IMG/VR virus record: IMGVR_UViG_3300030333_006336
Coordinates: 3,670-67,669 of that record
Origin: a virus
Length of the DNA: 64,000 bases
Reading direction: 5' to 3' (one strand)
Shown here: positions 46,937 through 56,540 of the stretch, piece by piece
Layout: each line of letters starts with the position of its first letter
How positions within the stretch are numbered: position 1 is the stretch's first letter
Translations under genes and position numbers: made by a program
Notes under the pieces: generated by a model
What the model was told of the DNA's origin: nothing
Seen by the model: the letters and a program-made list of their open reading frames with translations, nothing else
Databases searched by the model: none

Positions 46937-47410
46937 TTAAACTGTACCTTGAGTCAGTGCATTGTTGACAATTCCATCAACATACCAATTAGTGCCATCG
47001 CACCAAAACTCAAGACGATCACCAATTGCTCTACCAGAAGAATGAAGCGTTAGCTTGCCCTTGTTAGCGATAGCAACACGTGTCATGGTAGTTGTTGCCG
47101 AATTGTGACGATAGTTGCCTTGCATCACGTTTGATTTTGCCTGAATGATGTGTATTTGTGCACTTGTAACATATACAGTAAATCTTAATCCATCTGCTAC
47201 GGCCGGTAAGGTCAAAGTAGACGGATCAGAACCACCCATAAACACCACACATCCAGAATCAGATGCTTCTAGTTGTTTTGTTGCTCCTGCACCGGTCAGA
47301 CTAATTGTCTGTTGTTCAAGCCCATTCAACCGAGCCCCTGTCATTGCTATATCTGTTGTAATTTCAGCCATCAACTTTTTAAGTCGTGCTAAATTTGGTG
47401 TTACCGCCAT
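46937..47410 (-). CDS. Putative capsid decoration / short fibre protein
   Basis: TLTLPA..DGLRF...GDRLEFWCDGTNWYV domain shared with the fibre cluster; directly after MCP. Confidence 0.6.
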   Translation of the reverse strand: MAVTPNLARLKKLMAEITTDIAMTGARLNGLEQQTISLTGAGATKQLEASDSGCVVFMGGSDPSTLTLPAVADGLRFTVYVTSAQIHIIQAKSNVMQGNYRHNSATTTMTRVAIANKGKLTLHSSGRAIGDRLEFWCDGTNWYVDGIVNNALTQGTV

Positions 47411-47453
47411 AATGTGCTCTCCTTGTTTTCTATGGACTTTACCTAGTCAGTTT

Positions 47454-47461
47454 TAAGTAGT
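47454..47461 (-). promoter_or_regulatory. Putative late promoter ACTACTTA
   Basis: Recurring motif after the MCP terminator. Confidence 0.6.
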
Positions 47462-47473
47462 ATCTTACATAGT

Positions 47474-47502
47474 AAAAAGCCCCCATCTTTCGATGGGGGC
47501 TT
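47474..47502 (-). terminator. Strong intrinsic terminator after the major capsid gene
   Basis: AAGCCCCCATC-GAAA-GATGGGGGCTT followed by TTT. Confidence 0.9.
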
Positions 47503-47531
47503 AATGTTTTATTGATTAAAGTTGATTATTA

Positions 47532-49349
47532 TCAACCGCCGCTCTCACCAAGGAGTCCTCGCACGATAACAAGACCGTACATATCTGGACGAACCATCTG
47601 CTTGGCATAGCGAGTCATCACGCCCTTACGGGGCACGAAGTCCTCTGGTCCAAAGATGGTTGGTGTGGTCTGCAGGGGTACGTAAGGTGCGTACACATAT
47701 CCGCTTTCAAGGAAAGAGGAGCCGCGACGACCAACGAGAACCACATTACGCAAGAAGTAGGGGTCAACAATGACATCAAACTTCTTGGAAAGCGATCCAA
47801 CCTTGACAGCGCCAACGCTACCGCGATCATCATCTGCTGTGACAGAAGCACGGAACCCAGCGGTGAACTCAAGGATGTTAGCAATTTCAGGTCCGCAGAC
47901 GATGAAATTAGCTCCACCACGTAGAGTCTTACGGTGGATTTGTGCAGACACATCATTGATGGTCTCAGCAAGTGTCTCATACCACTCGCTCACAGTACCG
48001 GTGAAGTCGGGGGCCTTAGCGGAAGCGCCGATTTCGGCTCCACTAGTGCGATCCACGAACAGACCGGGGGAACGAGACCAGTAATAAGTACCGGCTGTTG
48101 CACCGACAACGAGGTCAGCAAGGATCTCGCGGTCAATCTCAAGAGCAACTTGCTCAGAGAGAATGCTGGTAAGCTCAACCTCGGCATCAAGGTTGTGGTA
48201 GGCGTTAAGATCTTGTCCTAACTCCGGAGTCCACTTAGCCTTAAGCTTCTTGGTTTGTGCGGTAACAGCAATGCTGTCGACCTTAATGTCGATCTCAGGA
48301 ATGAGTGCTTGATTTTCAAGACCCCACTCAGTTTGACCAACAACCGAGCCAAGAGCGCCACCTGCTGCGAAGTCATCCTTAACAGGAACTTCCCAGGTCA
48401 TGTTACCCTTCTCGACAACGACACCACAAGCGGCCGACAATGCAACAACTGTTGCTCGAACACTTTCAACCGACTGAGCTGATTCTGTAGCACTAACGAC
48501 GTCAGTGAGACGACGTACAAGTTGGTACTCGTTAGAGCCCGAACCTGCAAGGGTACCAGAAAGCGCTAATCCAAGATTTGCAATGCTGCACTGGAAAGCG
48601 GCCATGTTGTCAAAGTCTGCATCACCGACGTTACTAATGCTCTCGAATACAGACTTAGCAATGTCTACGATAATTACCTTATATCCGCTACCGGAAAGAG
48701 CAAGCAAGTCTGGATCATATTGGATCAGCTTATCACCGCTTGTGCCGTCTGCCAACTCATAAGTTCCGTCAAGGTTAAATTGCCCCTTAAGTGCATAAGA
48801 AGAATCAACAACCGTAACAGAGCCAGTAGGAGATGCGTACGCATAACCACGTGCGCCGACAGTGCGCGGACCAGAAAGGTCAGCCGCATTATCGCTCACA
48901 AGGTTAACACCATCCACAATTCCCTTACCAACTTTGTCAGTACCGTAAATGGACGAACCAGAAACGTTACCAAAACGCTCACTTAATGTACCGCTCTCAC
49001 CAATCTCCGAAGAGAATGTAAAGTCAAGGAAGAAGATGAGACCGCTAGGCAGACTCATGGGCTGAACGGAAACGAGATCGTTTGCAATCAGTCCTGCGAA
49101 AACACGGCGCACGATGGGGAACGCGACGGCTGCAAAGCCCTCAACATCACCACCAGCCATTGTGCTGCTCTCACGAAGTAATTCCTTGGCTTGATTTTCC
49201 AAGAGACGAGCCATCGATGTCTTCTGACGGGAATCGGTAAGACCTTCTAAAAGACCTGTGCGCTCCCACTTACTCAGTAAGGCATGACCCTCGGCTCTCA
49301 TATCACGATTGACAACGCCTTCGGTCAATCTTTCAATAATACTAGCCAT
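47532..49349 (-). CDS. Major capsid protein (T4 gp23-like)
   Basis: KWERTGLLEGL, VSVQPMSLPSGLIFFLD, KLKAKWTPELGQDL.AYH.LDAE.EL, EIDREIL, YAPYVPL, PRKGVMTRY. Confidence 0.97.
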   Translation of the reverse strand: MASIIERLTEGVVNRDMRAEGHALLSKWERTGLLEGLTDSRQKTSMARLLENQAKELLRESSTMAGGDVEGFAAVAFPIVRRVFAGLIANDLVSVQPMSLPSGLIFFLDFTFSSEIGESGTLSERFGNVSGSSIYGTDKVGKGIVDGVNLVSDNAADLSGPRTVGARGYAYASPTGSVTVVDSSYALKGQFNLDGTYELADGTSGDKLIQYDPDLLALSGSGYKVIIVDIAKSVFESISNVGDADFDNMAAFQCSIANLGLALSGTLAGSGSNEYQLVRRLTDVVSATESAQSVESVRATVVALSAACGVVVEKGNMTWEVPVKDDFAAGGALGSVVGQTEWGLENQALIPEIDIKVDSIAVTAQTKKLKAKWTPELGQDLNAYHNLDAEVELTSILSEQVALEIDREILADLVVGATAGTYYWSRSPGLFVDRTSGAEIGASAKAPDFTGTVSEWYETLAETINDVSAQIHRKTLRGGANFIVCGPEIANILEFTAGFRASVTADDDRGSVGAVKVGSLSKKFDVIVDPYFLRNVVLVGRRGSSFLESGYVYAPYVPLQTTPTIFGPEDFVPRKGVMTRYAKQMVRPDMYGLVIVRGLLGESGG

Positions 49350-49393
49350 AATTTATATACCTCCATATGTATTTTTTGTATTTGTATTTGGCA

Positions 49394-50653
49394 TCATTCG
49401 ATACCTGCTAGTTTTTTCATCCTATCCGAAAACGGATCCGATGAAGTGCTCTCCTTACGGGAAGCACGAATCACAGAGGTACTAGGACGTCTAATTGCTT
49501 CGCTCAGTGATTGAGTAGACCGCTTAGGTGCGGCCGGCACTGCGCTTTCAAGCGTTTGATAGATTGTCTTCGCTTCTGTGACAGAACCAGCTTGTGAAAT
49601 AGCATCGGCAATTTTAGTTTTTTGCCGCTCATTTAGGGAGGCATTTCCCAAAACACGGTTCGTGTAAAGCAAGCGTGCGTTGGAAAGATTAACCTCTTGT
49701 AAGGTTTGCTCTAAGCTACCAACTACTTGCTTATGGTTTTCAAGAGACTTATTGAGTTGTTTATTTTCGAAAACTAACTCTTCATAAGCTTTCTTTAAAG
49801 TCTGTATCTCTTCTTCAACATCAGTGCTCCGACGATGCGCCATTTCGCGCTCCATCTCATACTTCTGACTCTCGGAAGAGCGTCCGGCCCAACCTGATAA
49901 AGTTGCACCCATATCTACTGTTAATCTTTCGACGATTTCATCTACAAGAAAATCGATATCTTCTTCTTGGATTTCTGGATCATCTTTGTCTTTGTCTCCG
50001 CCATCGGGAACACCGTCACCATCGTCGTCGACGCCGGCTTTGTGTCGCGCTCCGCCAGCATATGGGCCCTTGTCACCTTTCTTTTCGGAAACCGGACCTT
50101 CTCCGCCTTCACCGGAGGCTTCGAATTCATCCTCTTCTGCTTCTGATTCAGCAGCGCTAGCTTCTCCGGCAGTATCGGCATCGACCAATTCTGCTGCTTC
50201 AGCTAATTCGGATGCAATTAGTTCCATCAAGTCTTCTTCGTTGACGTTGATTTCTTCACCTTCTTCAATGGATTGCTCAAGTTCGCGAACTGCCTCTTGG
50301 AGAGCGTCAACATCAATTGTAAGTTCCACAGTGTCACCACTAACAGGGGCGTCACGCAGTCCTGTGCTATCCTCGCCACCAATATCATTCGCGGCTGAAT
50401 AAGGAACATCGTCCGATAAATCGTCTTCAAGAGCTTCTTCTCCCTCTCCCGCAACATCAAGAGGTTCTTCGGTCGGCGATCCTAAATCTCCACCGAGATC
50501 GGCGCCTAACTCCTCTTCTTGCTCTAATAGTTTTTCTAGTGTAGTCTGTACTTCTTGTGAATACTTGTCCACAACTGCAGCTTCGGCGTTTCTTAAGGCT
50601 GCTTCGCGCAATGCCTTAGCATCGACAATAGCTTCGTTCAACAGATTAGACAT
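49394..50653 (-). CDS. Prohead core scaffold protein (gp22-like)
   Basis: Acidic coiled coil directly upstream of MCP; EVNLSNARLLYTN, terminal RMKKLAGI. Confidence 0.8.
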   Translation of the reverse strand: MSNLLNEAIVDAKALREAALRNAEAAVVDKYSQEVQTTLEKLLEQEEELGADLGGDLGSPTEEPLDVAGEGEEALEDDLSDDVPYSAANDIGGEDSTGLRDAPVSGDTVELTIDVDALQEAVRELEQSIEEGEEINVNEEDLMELIASELAEAAELVDADTAGEASAAESEAEEDEFEASGEGGEGPVSEKKGDKGPYAGGARHKAGVDDDGDGVPDGGDKDKDDPEIQEEDIDFLVDEIVERLTVDMGATLSGWAGRSSESQKYEMEREMAHRRSTDVEEEIQTLKKAYEELVFENKQLNKSLENHKQVVGSLEQTLQEVNLSNARLLYTNRVLGNASLNERQKTKIADAISQAGSVTEAKTIYQTLESAVPAAPKRSTQSLSEAIRRPSTSVIRASRKESTSSDPFSDRMKKLAGIE

Positions 50654-50684
50654 TCATATGCTCCTAAATGACAGTAATTCAAAA

Positions 50685-50692
50685 TAAATAGT
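50685..50692 (-). promoter_or_regulatory. Putative late promoter ACTATTTA (scaffold-MCP)
   Basis: Recurring motif. Confidence 0.65.
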
Positions 50693-50714
50693 GCTGTTAA
50701 AACGAAAACGACTA

Positions 50715-51587
50715 TTATTGTGGTTGAGTTTTCTTACTAATCCACCAATCAGATGTGTCGCTTACTTTATTCACGACCCACCAGTTATGAGAATCGCTTT
50801 GAACTGTTATATATGAATTTTCATCTTTAAGAATTTGAATCTCTTTGTTGTCAATTTTTGCATTGACACAATTAAGAGCTATCTGGTTTAAATCGCTAGC
50901 TTTTTTAATAATTATTAAACGCCCTTCACATAACGATGGTCGAGGAAGCGTCACTGTTACATCTTTTTCAGTTGTATCAATAATTAACGTATGATCGCTT
51001 GCTTCAACTACATAATCATTTTCAATTTTAGAGATATTTGTTTGAAACGAGCCTTTTACTTTTAGATTTTGAGTCTCAGTTAAACTATTAATTACAAATG
51101 TTTTTCGCGATGCGTCATATTTTAAGTCAGGAGTTGATGTAAAATCGGCGCCGCCTTTGATTTGAATGTGTCCGCCATGGCCGGCGGCGTGAGGTATTTG
51201 CAAATGAATAAACTGCTTATACAACTCCATTAAATTAACTTGACGAATCTCTTCGCGAGAAGAATCATATAAAAGTACAACATCATCTTGAGAAATAGTT
51301 TGTCCTTTTTCTGAAAGTCTTTTTACATGACGTGGGCTTAGACTAAGTTCTCCCCCTAAAGTACACAACCCACTGTCATTTCTTACAGGCAGGACTTCAA
51401 GCGGAAGTTCTCCAGTTAAATTAGTGGCCGGAATGTTCTCTAATGGTGCGCCGTTGCCGGCTAACAACTCTCTGATTTTGTTCTTAGATTCCTCCAACTC
51501 ATTTCTTAAGTCGTCAATTGATTTTTGCAAATCATTAATTGTTTGTTGCGTAATATCTGCTCGATGCGCATCTTTGTTATAAGCCAT
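50715..51587 (-). CDS. Putative fibre / structural protein
   Basis: N-terminal coiled coil; C-terminal DHTLIIDT..VTVTLP...GRLIIIKK...IDN...NWWV domain. Confidence 0.6.
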   Translation of the reverse strand: MAYNKDAHRADITQQTINDLQKSIDDLRNELEESKNKIRELLAGNGAPLENIPATNLTGELPLEVLPVRNDSGLCTLGGELSLSPRHVKRLSEKGQTISQDDVVLLYDSSREEIRQVNLMELYKQFIHLQIPHAAGHGGHIQIKGGADFTSTPDLKYDASRKTFVINSLTETQNLKVKGSFQTNISKIENDYVVEASDHTLIIDTTEKDVTVTLPRPSLCEGRLIIIKKASDLNQIALNCVNAKIDNKEIQILKDENSYITVQSDSHNWWVVNKVSDTSDWWISKKTQPQ

Positions 51588-51605
51588 GTTTTTCCTCTTT
51601 CAGTA

Positions 51606-51613
51606 TAAATAGA
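51606..51613 (-). promoter_or_regulatory. Putative late promoter variant TCTATTTA
   Basis: Core CTATTTA upstream of the 290-aa gene. Confidence 0.5.
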
Positions 51614-51832
51614 TTATTGTAGGTTATTTAAGATTATTAAACTTCCTAAATTATAATCACTTTCGTAGTGGCATTTAAAATTATGTCTGTGTGCAATGTG
51701 TTTTACTATTTTTTGCATACGCGGGGAATTGCCAGTTATAATTCTCATAGGTGTGTCGTTTAATAAAATAAAATTCTCTACCTTTCGTTCAACGGCCGAA
51801 TGATATAATCCATGTAAATCTAAAGTTGTCAT
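51614..51832 (-). CDS. Stand-alone Smr-domain protein (72 aa)
   Basis: MTTLDLHG..H..VE..VENFI......MRIITGNS...NLGSLII; true start 51832 because the longer ORF call crosses a terminator. Confidence 0.75.
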   Translation of the reverse strand: MTTLDLHGLYHSAVERKVENFILLNDTPMRIITGNSPRMQKIVKHIAHRHNFKCHYESDYNLGSLIILNNLQ

Positions 51833-51837
51833 GATAG

Positions 51838-51845
51838 TAAATAGT
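51838..51845 (-). promoter_or_regulatory. Putative late promoter ACTATTTA, 5 nt before the Smr ATG
   Basis: ACTATTTA-CTATC-ATG with no SD. Confidence 0.55.
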
Positions 51846-51847
51846 AT

Positions 51848-51882
51848 AAAAAAAAGGATGCCCCCCACAAGGAGGGGCACCC
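51848..51882 (-). terminator. Intrinsic terminator
   Basis: GGGTGCCCCTCC-TTGT-GGGGGGCATCC followed by T8. Confidence 0.85.
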
Positions 51883-51908
51883 AAGGAAAAAGAACAAATA
51901 TTCTTAGA

Positions 51909-53675
51909 TTAAATAATCTTCCAACCCAAAGTACCAGCAGAAGCCGATGTAAACACAAGTCCAACTGATGCGTTAGGCGAAATAAGATCAATGCTTGTTA
52001 AGCTATCGTCAATAACTTGTGCACCAGCACGAGAAATTGTGATTTTAGCATCATCTAATCCAGCACCACCCTTGACATAAACAACATCACCAACTTCTGG
52101 AGATGCTGGGAGTGTCCAAGTACGGTTGGCAGTGATTCCTGCGCTACAGAAGTTGAGCCCACCAGAAAGTACCTGATTTGCATCACCGTGATCAGTCACA
52201 CTAACAGAGTCACCACCAGTTGTGTCAACACTAAGAACACCGTTAGTTGCGGTAATACCGGTACCAGCGATAGCACTAGCATATGCACTAAAGGTGCGAC
52301 TCTTAAGAACACCACTATCGATCCAAACTAACGAATCGGAAGCAAGTGTAGGAGCAGCAGCGACAGTGTTGCTAGCTTTAAGCGTTGAAGCTTGAAGCGC
52401 GCCAGAGCCCGAAAGAGCGCCGTCAGAGTCGACTTCCCAAAGGACAGCTTCAGCAGAATCTTTGACTCTCCATTTAGCATTACCATCAGCGTCACCAAGA
52501 ACAGCAGCAACTTCTTTAGCAGCATCACCCTCTAAGCGAAGATTAGCGGCCGATGTACCACCCATAGAAATAACACCTTGCATTTGCGAAGAGTTATTAC
52601 GGAAGTACAATGCTAAACCAGCTTCATCGGTATTACCAACAAAGATAAAGTTAGAAGCACCACCATTAACTCCGCTTCCTTGTTTAAGGCTCAAAGAAGT
52701 TCCAACTTCCATCGCGGCTGATGCAGAAACGTTACCAGCAACTTTTAACACTCCAGATGACAAAGTAAGCAAATCAGTATCAGAATCGAGACCAATGGTA
52801 CTATCGTCGGCGACTCGAATGGCGTCGATGTAACCAATTCCATCTACATAGAGATCTTTCCATTCTAATCCATCAGCACCTAAGTCATAGGTGTTGTCAG
52901 CTTTTGGATCGATATCTGCAGCAATGCGACCGGTAATAGTCACGTCATCGCCGGTATCTGCACCTAATGTAACGTCACCGTTAACAGTTAAAGCTTCTGG
53001 TGCTAGCACCAGCAAGTTAGGATCGCTGTATGGTCCAATTTGTCCCGAACCAGCACCGCCATCGACAATGAGGGAGGCCAAAGAACCGGCGCCCGAACCA
53101 GAAATGGTTGTAGCATTGGAAATTGCACCACCAGCACTGACACCCACTGCAACGACTGCACCAGCAGCAGAAACAGTAAAGGCATCATTGACGTTGATAC
53201 CACCGTCAAGGCTAGCCAAACCATCAACACTTAAAGTACCATTCGAAAGAATGTTACCACCCGCACTTACGGCAAAATCGCCTTCTTGTGCAAGAAGATT
53301 TCCTTTGATGTGAAGTGTAGAAGAACCGGAAGCAGCACCAGCAGTAGAAACAGTCCACTTGTCATCAACATTAATACCGCCGTCAAGGCTAGCTAAGCCG
53401 CTTGCACCAAGAGTGCTAACAGATGTGGCCCCAAGAGTAGCAACACCAGCACGAGTGATGCTATAGTCGTTAATTGTTAATTGTCCACCAACAGAAACGT
53501 TTCCAGAACCGGAAACAGTCGAGCCGGCGATGGCGCCAGCAGTAAGAGCACCAGCAGAAGTAAACGAGTAGGCAGAACCTAATGTTAATTTCTCCGAAGC
53601 ACTTAATTCAGTAACATATAAATCAGAATTGCCAACGGCACCCGATAAATTACCTCTTAAAAATTTATAACTCAT
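51909..53675 (-). CDS. Putative fibre protein
   Basis: 588 aa Ser/Gly/Ala-rich beta repeats (GLASLDGGINV twice); C-terminal TWTLPASP.VGD...KITI...IDD...WKII domain; SD GGAGG. Confidence 0.7.
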   Translation of the reverse strand: MSYKFLRGNLSGAVGNSDLYVTELSASEKLTLGSAYSFTSAGALTAGAIAGSTVSGSGNVSVGGQLTINDYSITRAGVATLGATSVSTLGASGLASLDGGINVDDKWTVSTAGAASGSSTLHIKGNLLAQEGDFAVSAGGNILSNGTLSVDGLASLDGGINVNDAFTVSAAGAVVAVGVSAGGAISNATTISGSGAGSLASLIVDGGAGSGQIGPYSDPNLLVLAPEALTVNGDVTLGADTGDDVTITGRIAADIDPKADNTYDLGADGLEWKDLYVDGIGYIDAIRVADDSTIGLDSDTDLLTLSSGVLKVAGNVSASAAMEVGTSLSLKQGSGVNGGASNFIFVGNTDEAGLALYFRNNSSQMQGVISMGGTSAANLRLEGDAAKEVAAVLGDADGNAKWRVKDSAEAVLWEVDSDGALSGSGALQASTLKASNTVAAAPTLASDSLVWIDSGVLKSRTFSAYASAIAGTGITATNGVLSVDTTGGDSVSVTDHGDANQVLSGGLNFCSAGITANRTWTLPASPEVGDVVYVKGGAGLDDAKITISRAGAQVIDDSLTSIDLISPNASVGLVFTSASAGTLGWKII

Positions 53676-53777
53676 ATTTTAAAACCCTCCAATTAATAGT
53701 TTTTATAGTTATGGTTAAGACACAATGATCCCCATCATTATGCCAAGCACATATAGATAAACCAATGCGCTCATTTA

Positions 53778-53785
53778 TAATTAGT
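53778..53785 (-). promoter_or_regulatory. Putative late promoter ACTAATTA
   Basis: Recurring motif. Confidence 0.55.
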
Positions 53786-53805
53786 TTAACACCAAGCGGC
53801 AGATA

Positions 53806-54558
53806 TCATGTAATAAAGAATTTATTTATGCCATTGCAATATAACGTAATAGATGCATAAGGTGACTGTAAAAGCACCATTGTTTGCCCATCAATTAAAT
53901 CACTTCCAGATCCTGATATTGTGATGTTATTTTGATTTGAAGAGCCTCCCTCGTCCTTAAAGACCCACGTTTGACCTGATGTTCCGGCTGAAGCAGAGGG
54001 CAGCGTTAATTTGACTGCTCCGCCTGATGTGTCGACTCCTAAATAGTAGTCAGATGTAGAAACTACTGTGTCGCTTGTGATTGCTACGCGGCGGTGGATG
54101 ACCCCTCCGCTTAAAAAGCTAGTTCCAACTACAGAGAGTGTCTGGGATGGAGTTGCGTTCGATCCCACATTTAAACTGCTTGTAGTAAACGCTTGCGAAG
54201 AATTAATCTGAGTGAATATACCACCACCAGAACCTCCACCGCCTGCTGTAATTCCTGTTAATCGTGAACCATCTCCCTCAAGATAGGAAGCAGAAATGCC
54301 AGCACTAGCTGTAATATCTCCGGTAACAGAAAGGACCGATCCGTCAAAGGTAAGATTGGCCTCGCAGTTTAATACGTTTGCATCACCACCTACATTTGTT
54401 ATTATTGCATTGTTAGTCGCATTAAAAACACGTGGCACATTTTCGATATCGGTGCCGTCGCCTCGATAAGTTCCCGAGACGATGTTTTCGACAATTAAAT
54501 CACCGGGAACAAATTCTTGGGGAGTTACCGTGGTGCCTGATAAAACGTTGTAGGCCAT
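53806..54558 (-). CDS. Putative fibre protein
   Basis: GDGSRLTGI trimeric-fibre motif; C-terminal DYYLGVDT..LTLP...GQTWVFKDE...IDG...YASITL domain. Confidence 0.7.
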   Translation of the reverse strand: MAYNVLSGTTVTPQEFVPGDLIVENIVSGTYRGDGTDIENVPRVFNATNNAIITNVGGDANVLNCEANLTFDGSVLSVTGDITASAGISASYLEGDGSRLTGITAGGGGSGGGIFTQINSSQAFTTSSLNVGSNATPSQTLSVVGTSFLSGGVIHRRVAITSDTVVSTSDYYLGVDTSGGAVKLTLPSASAGTSGQTWVFKDEGGSSNQNNITISGSGSDLIDGQTMVLLQSPYASITLYCNGINKFFIT

Positions 54559-54576
54559 AGTTTACCGCACCTCCCT

Positions 54577-56538
54577 TTAGAAGATAAACCACTTGCTATC
54601 CCCATCACTATATAGGTTAATGGAAGCCATTGAACCTGTAACAGTGAATGATGCGGCGCCATCAATAGTATCTCCAGCTGAGGCCGATACATAAATTGCT
54701 GTCGTTGTTCTGTTTAATACTTCATCTTTAATTACAAAAACTGCTCCTGAATTTACGTCGTCAGCCTCTGGTAATCTCACTTCCATATTGAAATCACCGC
54801 CAGCAGAACGAGAGACGCCCAAGATATACCCTCCTGTATTAACAGAAGCTGTATAGGGAGTTGTTCGTACAGGCAAGTAAGAACGATTTAAAAGGTTTAA
54901 TCCAGTAAAGCTACCGGCTTGTACTCGATTACTGGCGGATACGCTTCCTGTGACATCAACATGGAACATCACGCTGTCGGATTGATTTCGAACTTGAAAC
55001 TGCTCTTGATTGGCGTTAGAGCCTAATACTACTTCTGTGTTTTTACCTGCGCCGGTTTCTAAACGCAGTGTGGTGTTAAAACCTTGAAGCACTGTTTGCA
55101 GTTGACCTGAATCATTCCGCAGGTAAGACATCAGTCCACCTTCGGTTTCTGAGCCTATGAACAATCGATAGCTGTTGCCTCCATTAGTAGTAGTAGGTTG
55201 TGTAATACTAATGTTACCTGACGCTTGTAATTGTCCTCCGAGAACCAATTGGGAAGCAGACACTTGGCTATTGACCGCTAATATCCCGGTAGAGGTATTC
55301 ATTTGGAGTGCATTGTGTCCTTTTATCGCATCACCGTTATGCCAAATTGCAACTTGATTAGCGCTTGGCGAGCCAAATGTGTCAGGAATACCGGTTAATG
55401 TTGTTCCATCTCCAACAAATGCGGATGCTGAAATAAAGGTACTCGCGGATAAGCTAGTCGCGAATGCAGTTCCCATGTGCACTGTTCCACTTAGCTCAGT
55501 TAATGCACTAGCTGATAATGTTCGCGCTATAACTGCACCGGTGGACACTCCTACACTTGATGTTAAGGTACCACCGATAGTCAATGTATCAGTGCCGTTC
55601 CAAGCAAGATCACTATCTGCTTTAAGGGTGTCTTCATCAGACCATAAAGTAAGCTGATTTGCCGATGGGGTACCTGTGTAATCTACAAGTTTTCCAGCCC
55701 AAACTTTAGAATCAATTTCATCATGAGCGATTTTATTTTCACTGTTGAGTATAAGAACAGTATTGTCTGTGCTGGCCGTAACATTGCTTAATTTAACATG
55801 GGCGCCAACAATTGTAATTGCAGCGCTGTTGTTCTCGCCAAGGGTCGTATTGGCTAATAGGCTTGCATTAACTGTTGAGTTGAACTTATCTCCTGTGACA
55901 CTAAGCCCGGCAGAAGCTGTGACTTGTGAGTTTGCGGTTGTGACGTCTGCTGCTGCATCGCCTAAAGTCACAGTCCCGCGAGCAGTAAGCGTGCTATCAA
56001 AATGCGCTGCGGCGGAAGCTGTTAACGGCGCACTAACTAATAAGCCTCCAGATGCAGTAAGTTGTGAAGTCACTGTGGTAACATCTGTCGCAGCATTTCC
56101 TAAAGCAACGTTGCCATGAAGAGATGAGTTTCCTGAAACTCCTAATGTTCCTGTGACGGCCAAACTATAGTCAGGAGTAATCGTATTGATACCAACATAG
56201 CTGGAGCTTGCGTATAGTGTGGGGGTCGCATATGCAGTAGAGGGTCCACTTATAATTAAACTACCGGTTCTTACATGAACATCGGCGTTGTCATTACCAA
56301 AAAAAGTTGAACCCGTGAGCGATAAATCACTCACAAAAACACTAGCAGTAACTGGACCTTCAACCTTTAAAGAGCCGCTTAAGACCACAGTGTTAGAAGC
56401 GGTTAAAAAGACAAAATTGCTCGAACCAGATGCAGTATCGTCAGCAGTGACAAAAAGAATCTGTTCCGCGCTTCCTTGGATATCTTCCGAGGAGCCGGTG
56501 TCGCTACAGCGAATATAAGCCCAGCCGAAAGTAGACAT
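54577..56538 (-). CDS. Putative fibre protein
   Basis: TAS/SAS/SGS repeats, LG.AA.DVTT repeats, GDGTTLTGI; same C-terminal domain (LP...G.VFVIKDE...DTIDG...SINLYSDG..KWFIF). Confidence 0.7.
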   Translation of the reverse strand: MSTFGWAYIRCSDTGSSEDIQGSAEQILFVTADDTASGSSNFVFLTASNTVVLSGSLKVEGPVTASVFVSDLSLTGSTFFGNDNADVHVRTGSLIISGPSTAYATPTLYASSSYVGINTITPDYSLAVTGTLGVSGNSSLHGNVALGNAATDVTTVTSQLTASGGLLVSAPLTASAAAHFDSTLTARGTVTLGDAAADVTTANSQVTASAGLSVTGDKFNSTVNASLLANTTLGENNSAAITIVGAHVKLSNVTASTDNTVLILNSENKIAHDEIDSKVWAGKLVDYTGTPSANQLTLWSDEDTLKADSDLAWNGTDTLTIGGTLTSSVGVSTGAVIARTLSASALTELSGTVHMGTAFATSLSASTFISASAFVGDGTTLTGIPDTFGSPSANQVAIWHNGDAIKGHNALQMNTSTGILAVNSQVSASQLVLGGQLQASGNISITQPTTTNGGNSYRLFIGSETEGGLMSYLRNDSGQLQTVLQGFNTTLRLETGAGKNTEVVLGSNANQEQFQVRNQSDSVMFHVDVTGSVSASNRVQAGSFTGLNLLNRSYLPVRTTPYTASVNTGGYILGVSRSAGGDFNMEVRLPEADDVNSGAVFVIKDEVLNRTTTAIYVSASAGDTIDGAASFTVTGSMASINLYSDGDSKWFIF

Positions 56539-56540
56539 AT

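Noticed and set aside
49980-50035. DDDGDGVPDGGDKD calcium-binding-like motif in the scaffold
   Set aside because: Single copy in a low-complexity acidic region; too weak to call a domain
39271-51611. T4 late promoter TATAAATA on the + strand at 39271 and 51604
   Set aside because: Wrong orientation for the genes; it is the reverse complement of the CTATTTATA motif, and other copies (TAATTAG, TAAGTAG) do not fit T4 consensus
51833-51991. N-terminal 53 aa of the ORF-track call 51614-51991
   Set aside because: Overlaps the upstream fibre gene and a strong terminator; the Smr domain starts at 51832
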